A stretch of 13,317 nt of DNA, taken from Vulcanimicrobiaceae bacterium. Lineage in GTDB: Bacteria > Vulcanimicrobiota > Vulcanimicrobiia > Vulcanimicrobiales > Vulcanimicrobiaceae. Shown in pieces: positions 7,794 through 13,317 of the stretch. The stretch is from the NCBI GenBank assembly GCA_046262595.1, contig JBHEMM010000031.1, positions 433 to 13,749 of the forward strand, in the 5' to 3' direction. Every line of letters starts with the position of its first letter. Within the stretch, counting starts at the first letter, position 1. Both the position numbers and the translations under genes were made by a program. The notes under the pieces were generated by a model that was not told the DNA's origin, did no database searches, and saw only the letters and a list, made by a program, of their open reading frames with translations.

Positions 7794-8862
7794 TTTGCTC
7801 GATAAAGCCGCGGCCGGCGGCCGCCTCACGCGGGAAGAGGGCGTGCGCCTTTACACCGGCGCCGATCTGCACGAGCTCGGCGCGGCGGCGCACGCGCGGC
7901 GGATGCAGATGTATCCCCGCAGCGCCGTGACGTACGTTATCGACACGACGATCAATTACACGAATGTGTGCAACGTACACTGCACCTTCTGCGCGTTCTT
8001 CCGGCCGGAGAAACACAACGAAGGCTACACGATGTCGCACGACGAGGTCCTCTCGCGCGCGCGTCATGCGGCCGGCATGGGCGCGACGCAGATCATGATT
8101 CAGGGCGGCGTGAATCCCGATCTCCGCTTGACGTGGTTCGAAGAGCTGTTTGCACGCGTCGCGCGTGAGCTGCCGCAGGTCGATATTCATTCGCTTTCCG
8201 TCTCCGAGGTCGCAGGGCTTTCCCAAATCGAGGCTTTGCCCGTGCGCGAGGTGCTCGTGCGCCTCAAGGCGGCCGGCATGAAATCGCTGCCGGGCGCCGG
8301 TGCGGAGATCCTCGTCGAACGCGTGCGCAAGCGCATCAGCGCGCGCAAAGTCAAGCCGGACGATTGGCTTGATGTCATGCGCCAAGCGCAGCTGCTCGGC
8401 ATGCCGACGACAGCCACGATGATGTTCGGCTCGATCGAGTCCGACGAAGAGCGCATCGAACATTTGGACGTGCTTCGCGCGCTACAGGATGAGACGGGCG
8501 GGTTCACCGCGTTTATCCCGTGGTATTACGTGCCATGGAAGACGCCGCTGCGCGGAAAGGAAGCCACCGGCTTGCAGTACCTGCGCGTTTTGGCCATATC
8601 GCGGCTGTATCTCGATAATTTCCCGCATCTTCAAGCGTCGTGGCTGACGCCGGGCTTGAAGATGGGGCAGCTGGCGCTCTTCTACGGATGCGACGACATG
8701 GGCGGCACGATCATCGAAGAGCAAGTCGTCCGCGACGCCGGTTCGACGAACGCGGCGACGCGCAAGGACCTGGAGAACATCATACGAGACGCCGGATTCG
8801 ATCCGGTTATCCGCGATACATACTGGAACGTTCGCACGGAAATGGCGCTCGCCACCGCATAA
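7780..8862 (+). CDS. mqnC: Cyclic dehypoxanthine futalosine synthase, radical SAM
   Basis: VTYVIDTTINYTNVCNVHCTFCAF, QGGVNP, SLPGAGAEIL, TTATMMFG, FTAFIPW, HLQASWLT and DMGGTIIEEQVV motifs. GAGG upstream of the GTG; overlaps the mqnA end by 14 nt. Confidence 0.93.
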   Translation: MSLSSLLDKAAAGGRLTREEGVRLYTGADLHELGAAAHARRMQMYPRSAVTYVIDTTINYTNVCNVHCTFCAFFRPEKHNEGYTMSHDEVLSRARHAAGMGATQIMIQGGVNPDLRLTWFEELFARVARELPQVDIHSLSVSEVAGLSQIEALPVREVLVRLKAAGMKSLPGAGAEILVERVRKRISARKVKPDDWLDVMRQAQLLGMPTTATMMFGSIESDEERIEHLDVLRALQDETGGFTAFIPWYYVPWKTPLRGKEATGLQYLRVLAISRLYLDNFPHLQASWLTPGLKMGQLALFYGCDDMGGTIIEEQVVRDAGSTNAATRKDLENIIRDAGFDPVIRDTYWNVRTEMALATA

Positions 8863-8957
8863 AAACTGAACGATTAACGCTTAATCTGTTTGACGGGACG
8901 CCGAGGGTAAGGTTTCCCGGGTACCATCAAATAATTGTACCGTTGCACTCAAAGGCA
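8863..8957. promoter_or_regulatory. AT-rich intergenic region with several inverted repeats; probable promoter/operator of the downstream winged-helix gene
   Basis: Longest non-coding gap in the window and visibly lower in GC. Contains GATTAA-cgc-TTAATC (8872-8886), TTGACG (8890-8895), GGTACcAT-N6-ATtGTACC (8920-8941) and TTGC-N8-GCAA (8943-8958). Confidence 0.5.
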
Positions 8958-9602
8958 ATGCGTATAGGCTTTGGGAAAAACGCCCGTACCAAACAGCTCG
9001 TTCAATCGCGAGGTTTTCTTTCTTTGGATGATGACGGCGTCGTCCAGAACTCCGCATCCTGCGATGCCGGCCAGGGCGACTGTAAGCCTCTGGTCGAGAT
9101 CCCCGCGTGGTGGAGCGGATTTCTGTTCCATGTTCTGAACCCCCGTCAGGTAAGTATGTACGTGTATCTCGTCATGCTTACCGACGATCGTGGCATTTGC
9201 CATCCGACGATCGAGCAGATCCGCAAAGATCTCGGGCTGCTGAGCACGACGATGGTTTTCGAATCGATCGCGGTCTTAGAAGACTATGGGTTTTTCGTGC
9301 GTTCGCGTCAGGCGCTGCCCGAGTCGCGCTCGCGCCGCAATGTGTATCGGCGCACGACGTGCGAATACACGATATTGCGGCTGCTGGAAACCAACCGCGT
9401 CGATGGCGATCTCTGCCCGGTCGGTTCGCCTGATGTCGCGTCCGACGATTCCCGAGCGATCGTAGACGAAGGCTTAAGGGAAGTCCTGGGCGGTCAGTTC
9501 GAGCGGTATGCTTCCACGCCGCCCGAAGACAAACGGCGCGTTCTCACCGAGCTGCTCAACGCTTTACTGCGGCTTCGCCCGGCCGGAATCTACATCAACT
9601 AG
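8958..9602 (+). CDS. Uncharacterised winged helix-turn-helix protein (HTH_36 / phage-plasmid replication-initiator N-terminal-like)
   Basis: Segment LNPRQVSMYVYLVMLTDDRGICHPTIEQIRKDLGLLSTTMVFESIAVLEDYGFFVRSRQ...RRNVY fits the pattern y..L...d..g.c.Ps...ia..lG.s..tv...l..Le..G.......N.Y. The start is uncertain: ATG 8958, or in-frame TTG 9024 with GAGG about 10 nt upstream. The 8640 start overlaps mqnC and is unlikely. Confidence 0.75.
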   Translation: MRIGFGKNARTKQLVQSRGFLSLDDDGVVQNSASCDAGQGDCKPLVEIPAWWSGFLFHVLNPRQVSMYVYLVMLTDDRGICHPTIEQIRKDLGLLSTTMVFESIAVLEDYGFFVRSRQALPESRSRRNVYRRTTCEYTILRLLETNRVDGDLCPVGSPDVASDDSRAIVDEGLREVLGGQFERYASTPPEDKRRVLTELLNALLRLRPAGIYIN

Positions 9603-9604
9603 GC

Positions 9605-10684
9605 TCAAACGCTTTCGCGGATCGTCGCGGCGCCGAGCACTTCCTCACCGCCTTCGTCGAAAAGGGCGACCAATTGGCCTGGTGACACCGCGCGCAGCGG
9701 GCTTTGAAACCGCACGTGCAGCAGGCCGTCGCGCACGCACGCCATTGCGGCGGCGGGCGCACAGCGGTAGCGCACCATCGCGAGCACCGGAACCTCCGTC
9801 TGCCCAAAGCGTTCGCCTCGAATGAGATTCACTTCGTCCGCTATCAGCGCGCGCACGTCCAATTCATCTTCGCGGCCGATGACGATCGTATTGCTTTGCG
9901 CATCGATGCGCGTGACGTACCTCGCGAAGCCGCTGCCGCCCGGCAGTCCAGAGCGCTGGCCAACCGTAAAATGAGCAACGCCGTTATGCGAGCCGACGGC
10001 CGTGCCCGCATTGCTGACGATCGCACCCGGTTGATGAATGGAAGACTGGACGCGCGCTAACACCTCGCGGTAATCGCCGCCTTCGACAAAACAAATGTCC
10101 TGCGATTCGGCTTTGTCGTGGACCCGCAGGCCCATGCGCCGGGCGTGCGCGCGCGTTTGCTTTTTGTCGAGTTCGCCCAGCGGAAGCAGTAAGCGCGCGA
10201 GTTGATCCGGCGCGAGCTGCGCCAAAGCGTAGGCCTGATCTTTTGCGTGCGTTCCGCGCAGCAGATGCGGACCGTCTTGGCGGTGCTCCACGCGCGCGTA
10301 GTGTCCGGTTGCTATGTACGGCGCGTCGATCGAGTCGGCATACCGACGCAATGTGCCGAGCTTCACGAAGTTATTGCACGACACGCACGGGTTCGGTGTG
10401 CGCCCGGAAGCATATTCATGGACGAACCGATCGATAACCGTGCGGCGGAACGTTTCTTCGAAATCGAGGACGTAATGCGGGATTCCCAGTACGTTCGCGC
10501 TTTTGCGCGCATCGTCGAAGTCCTCAATGCCGCAGCAGCTCTTCGCATGCGCAGCTTTGGACGGGCTGTACATCTTCATCGTCACGCCGACGACGCCGTA
10601 CCCGGCCTCGACCAACAAGCCGGCAGCAACAGCGGAGTCGACGCCGCCGCTCATTGCAGCGATCACGCGCGTTTTGCTCATCAT
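9605..10684 (-). CDS. mnmA: tRNA U34 2-thiouridylase
   Basis: AMSGGVDSAVAA PP-loop, GRTPNPCVSCN, IATGHYAR, KDQAY, ESQDICF, FTVGQR, RYR and RAVSPGQ motifs. Start at ATG 10684 or 10681 (MMSKTRV). Confidence 0.96.
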   Translation of the reverse strand: MMSKTRVIAAMSGGVDSAVAAGLLVEAGYGVVGVTMKMYSPSKAAHAKSCCGIEDFDDARKSANVLGIPHYVLDFEETFRRTVIDRFVHEYASGRTPNPCVSCNNFVKLGTLRRYADSIDAPYIATGHYARVEHRQDGPHLLRGTHAKDQAYALAQLAPDQLARLLLPLGELDKKQTRAHARRMGLRVHDKAESQDICFVEGGDYREVLARVQSSIHQPGAIVSNAGTAVGSHNGVAHFTVGQRSGLPGGSGFARYVTRIDAQSNTIVIGREDELDVRALIADEVNLIRGERFGQTEVPVLAMVRYRCAPAAAMACVRDGLLHVRFQSPLRAVSPGQLVALFDEGGEEVLGAATIRESV

Positions 10685-10694
10685 TCGCCTGGAC

Positions 10695-10724
10695 AGGATA
10701 ACAGCAGAGCGGCGCAAACACCAA
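10695..10724 (-). promoter_or_regulatory. Putative sigma70-type extended -10 promoter for mnmA
   Basis: Minus strand reads TTGGTG-N18-TATCCT with TG one base upstream of the -10 (TGtTATCCT), ending 10 nt before the ATG at 10684. Confidence 0.4.
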
Positions 10725-10730
10725 GCCCCA

Positions 10731-11465
10731 ATGTCGCTGGGAGAACGTTTTCGCGCCGCTCGCGAGCAGCGCGGCCTAACGCTTTCCGAAGTTGCCGAGC
10801 ACCTTCGGATCCGTTCGGTATACTTAGCGGCTATCGAAGAAGAAAATTGGGCTGCGATCGGGGCGGCGGTCTATGCAAGGGGCTTTTTGCGGACGTACGC
10901 CCGCTATCTGGCCTTGGATCCCGAAGAGGCGGTCGGCGAGTATAACGCTGCGTCCGGCTCAGCTGCTTCTCCCTCCGCGGTCGCCGCGGGCCAGAGCGCG
11001 GGGCAGCCCGCCCGCTTGGGCGGCGACCAGCCGCGTGGTCTCACATGGCTTTTGTGGGCCGCCGGCGCCATCGCGCTCGCGCTTGTCGGCTTCGTCGTCT
11101 ACCTCTACGTCTCGCCGGCGGCCGGGCCGCCCGCGTCTCGCGCGGGCCAAACCATTGCCGTTTCGCCCGCGCCCGCCGACATGTCGTCGCCTGCCCCGGC
11201 GCATAGCGCAGCGGCGGCGGCGCCGGCGTCTGAGCCGCACACGCTGGCTATCGTCCTCGAGCAAGCGTCGTGGCTCAGGGTCAGCGTTGACGGGAGTGTT
11301 AGGATGGAGGGTACGTTGCCGGCCGGCACGCGCAAAACGTTTCACGGAACGAGTGCGCTCGTTCGGGTGGGCAACGCGGGCGGTGTGCAGATTACCGTCG
11401 ACGGGCGGCCGCTTGGAAAGCTCGGCGCGCCGGGCGACGTGGTGGAAAAAACTTTCGCACTGTAG
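10731..11465 (+). CDS. rodZ: RodZ-like cell-shape protein (HTH_25 + single TM + DUF4115-type C-terminal domain)
   Basis: MSLGERFRAAREQRGLTLSEVAEHLRIRSVYLAAIEEE...YARGFLRTYARYLALD, one TM helix, Ala/Pro linker, then SWLRVSVDG...VGNAGGVQITVDG. Start at ATG 10731; the upstream extension to 10503 overlaps mnmA. Confidence 0.9.
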   Translation: MSLGERFRAAREQRGLTLSEVAEHLRIRSVYLAAIEEENWAAIGAAVYARGFLRTYARYLALDPEEAVGEYNAASGSAASPSAVAAGQSAGQPARLGGDQPRGLTWLLWAAGAIALALVGFVVYLYVSPAAGPPASRAGQTIAVSPAPADMSSPAPAHSAAAAAPASEPHTLAIVLEQASWLRVSVDGSVRMEGTLPAGTRKTFHGTSALVRVGNAGGVQITVDGRPLGKLGAPGDVVEKTFAL

Positions 11466-11474
11466 GACAAAGCA

Positions 11475-11966
11475 TTGAGCGACGCTTCATTCGACGTTGT
11501 ATCGCGAGTCGATCAGCAAGAACTGGACAACGCCCTGAATCAGGCCCGCAAAGAGATTGGCGGACGGTTCGACTTTAAGCACAGCGTCACCGAGATCGCC
11601 TATGACGGCAAAGCCGTGATCACGGTGCTTTCCGACGACGAGCTGAAATTGAAGAACGTGACCGATATCATTCAGTCCAAGGCGATCAAACGCGGCATCG
11701 ACATCAAAGCGTTCGACTTCGGCAAGGTGGAACCGGCGACGCAAAATGCCGTCCGGCAAATCATCACGCTGCGCAGCGGCATTCCGAAAGACAAGAGCAA
11801 ACCGCTCATGGAAGCGATTAAAGCGCTTAAGCTCAAAGTGAACGCCCAGTATCAGGACGAGCAGGTACGCGTGTCGGGAAAGAACCGCGACGATCTTCAG
11901 AAAGTCATCGCCCATTTGAAAGCGATGAACTACGAATTACCGCTGCAGTTTACGAATTACCGCTGA
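11475..11966 (+). CDS. yajQ: YajQ-family nucleotide / cyclic di-GMP-binding protein
   Basis: SFDVVSRVDQQELDNALNQA..E...RFDFK, QDEQVRVSGKNRDDLQ and LPLQFTNYR motifs. TTG start with AGGA upstream. Confidence 0.95.
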   Translation: MSDASFDVVSRVDQQELDNALNQARKEIGGRFDFKHSVTEIAYDGKAVITVLSDDELKLKNVTDIIQSKAIKRGIDIKAFDFGKVEPATQNAVRQIITLRSGIPKDKSKPLMEAIKALKLKVNAQYQDEQVRVSGKNRDDLQKVIAHLKAMNYELPLQFTNYR

Positions 11967-11967
11967 C

Positions 11968-13317
11968 ATGCCCAAAGTTTCATTTGTTTCGCTCGGCTGC
12001 GCCAAAAATTTGGTCGACACGGAAGTCATGATCGCCAAACTCGGCCAAGCCGGCTGGGAACTTTCCGCCGAGCCGCGAGATGCGGACACCATCGTCGTTA
12101 ACACGTGCGCGTTTATCGATGCGGCGAAAGCCGAGTCCACCGATGCGATCATGGAGCAGGCGCAGCGCAAACAAAGCGCCCAGCAGTTGATCGTGGCGGG
12201 CTGCCTCGCGCAGCGCTATGGCGAACAGCTGCAGGCACTGGTACCGGAAATCGACGGAGTCGTCGGGACCGGCGCGTACGCCGGCATCGTCGATCTGCTT
12301 GAGGACGCGCGCGCGGGCCACCGTCCGGTGCGGCTGCAGTTCGACGCTTTACCCGAGCACGATTTTCTTCCGCGGCTGGTAACCACGCCGAAGGCCACGG
12401 CATATTTGAAGATCGCCGAAGGCTGCGATCATCCGTGCACGTTCTGCATCATTCCGAAGCTGCGCGGCAAGTTCGTGAGCCGCAGCGCGGAATCGATCGT
12501 AAAAGAAGCGCGCGCGCTGGCGGACGCCGGCACGAAAGAGCTGATCCTGATTGCGCAAGACACCTCGATGTGGGGCCGCGACCGCGGCATCCGTCGCGGC
12601 GGCCTCGCGCAGCTGCTCGAACGTCTGCACGCCGTCGAGGGCATCGAATGGATCCGTTTGCTGTATCTCTATCCGGCGACCGTCGACAGCGAACTGATCG
12701 ATGCGATGGCCGTTTTGCCCAAAGTCTGCAAGTACATGGATATGCCGCTTCAGCACGCGCATCCGGAGGTGCTCCGGAGCATGCTCCGCCCCGGCAACGG
12801 CGAGCGCTATTTGGAGATCGTTCAGGAGTTTCGCGAGCGCGTCCCCGGGATCACGATGCGCTCGACGTTTATTGCCGGTTTTCCGGGCGAACGCGAAGAG
12901 CATGTCGCTTATTTGGAGGAATGGATCGCGCGCGCCCAGCTGGACCGTGTCGGCTTCTTCCCGTACAGCCGGGAAGACGACACCCCGGGCGCGCTTTTGG
13001 ACGCGCAAGTTGCGCCGGCCGAAAAACGCCGGCGTCTGGTACGTTTGCGGGAAGCGCAACGCATTGCAAGCGGCCGCGCGCGAGAGCGGCGTGTCGGCCA
13101 AACGGTGCGCGTCTTAGTCGAAGAGCGCCGTTCCTTGCGCAAGACGGATCCGCTGCGCGCGTCGCTTGACGCGGGCAGCGCGTGGTTCGGGCGCTCGATG
13201 GGCGAGGCACCCGGCGTGGACGGGGGCATCTATTTCACCGGCGAAGCGCAGGCCGGCATGTTCGTTCCCGTCACGCTGGAAGCGGCGGGGCCGTTCGACT
13301 TCACCGGTACGATGAAA
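11968..13317 (+). CDS. rimO: Ribosomal protein uS12 methylthiotransferase, 3'-truncated by the window (not in the ORF track because no stop is reached)
   Basis: Manual translation from ATG 11968 gives MPKVSFVSLGCAKNLVDTEVM, NTCAFI, GCLAQRY, YLKIAEGCDHPCTFCIIP, LIAQDT, WIRLLYLYP, YMDMPLQH, FIAGFPGE and TRAM-domain GRSMGEAPGVDG. The frame is open to the window end. Confidence 0.96.
   Translation, partial: MPKVSFVSLGCAKNLVDTEVMIAKLGQAGWELSAEPRDADTIVVNTCAFIDAAKAESTDAIMEQAQRKQSAQQLIVAGCLAQRYGEQLQALVPEIDGVVGTGAYAGIVDLLEDARAGHRPVRLQFDALPEHDFLPRLVTTPKATAYLKIAEGCDHPCTFCIIPKLRGKFVSRSAESIVKEARALADAGTKELILIAQDTSMWGRDRGIRRGGLAQLLERLHAVEGIEWIRLLYLYPATVDSELIDAMAVLPKVCKYMDMPLQHAHPEVLRSMLRPGNGERYLEIVQEFRERVPGITMRSTFIAGFPGEREEHVAYLEEWIARAQLDRVGFFPYSREDDTPGALLDAQVAPAEKRRRLVRLREAQRIASGRARERRVGQTVRVLVEERRSLRKTDPLRASLDAGSAWFGRSMGEAPGVDGGIYFTGEAQAGMFVPVTLEAAGPFDFTGTMK

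Noticed and set aside
3756..8463. Long antisense ORFs (3756-4643, 5726-6709, 6714-7592, 7774-8463)
   Set aside because: Mirror frames of ftsK and the mqn genes, expected from GC-biased codon usage; no recognisable domains.
8807..8815. DnaA-box-like TTATCCGCG near the AT-rich gap (oriC idea)
   Set aside because: Single 7/9 match inside mqnC coding sequence; no cluster of DnaA boxes.
5813..8862. F420 biosynthesis (cofG/cofH) interpretation of the two radical SAM genes
   Set aside because: The intervening mqnA and the MqnE/MqnC-specific motifs (HIKAYW, QASW) point to the futalosine pathway.
8640..8957. N-terminal extension of the wHTH ORF into mqnC, suggesting a frameshift fusion
   Set aside because: MqnC is complete with its own TAA. 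The A-run (five A) begins inside the stop codon and is not a canonical slippery heptamer, and the extension looks non-protein-like.
10503..10730. Longer rodZ start and the 10717 mnmA start
   Set aside because: These would overlap each other on opposite strands. Conserved N-termini begin at 10731 (rodZ) and 10684/10681 (mnmA).
11980..13229. Several ORFs listed over the 3' end (12349-13101 -, 12435-13169 + and others)
   Set aside because: All are alternative frames of rimO, which the track omits because it has no stop inside the window.
1..13317. CRISPR array, tRNA/rRNA, IS element, prophage or defence system
   Set aside because: No spaced repeats, no non-coding gap beyond about 95-160 bp, no cloverleaf seen, and no transposase, integrase or nuclease motifs.

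Overview
GC-rich (roughly 62-64% by eye), densely coding bacterial chromosomal segment. The protein style and gene set suggest a Terrabacteria lineage, tentatively Ca. Eremiobacterota/Vulcanimicrobiota; this is recognition only, not a search result. Gene order: 5'-truncated amidase > EamA/DMT transporter > < isocitrate/isopropylmalate-family dehydrogenase | ftsK > PAP2 phosphatase > mqnE > mqnA > mqnC (futalosine menaquinone pathway) > [AT-rich gap with palindromes] uncharacterised winged-helix protein > < mnmA | rodZ > yajQ > rimO (3'-truncated, absent from the ORF track). I saw no rRNA, tRNA, CRISPR array, integrase or transposase. Most of the window is housekeeping. The best candidate for something undescribed is the stand-alone replication-initiator-like winged-helix gene (8958-9602) with its palindrome-rich AT-rich upstream region. 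Secondary oddities are a motif-hybrid dehydrogenase, a divergent FtsK gamma recognition helix, a degenerate PAP2 active site and strong CGATCG enrichment.
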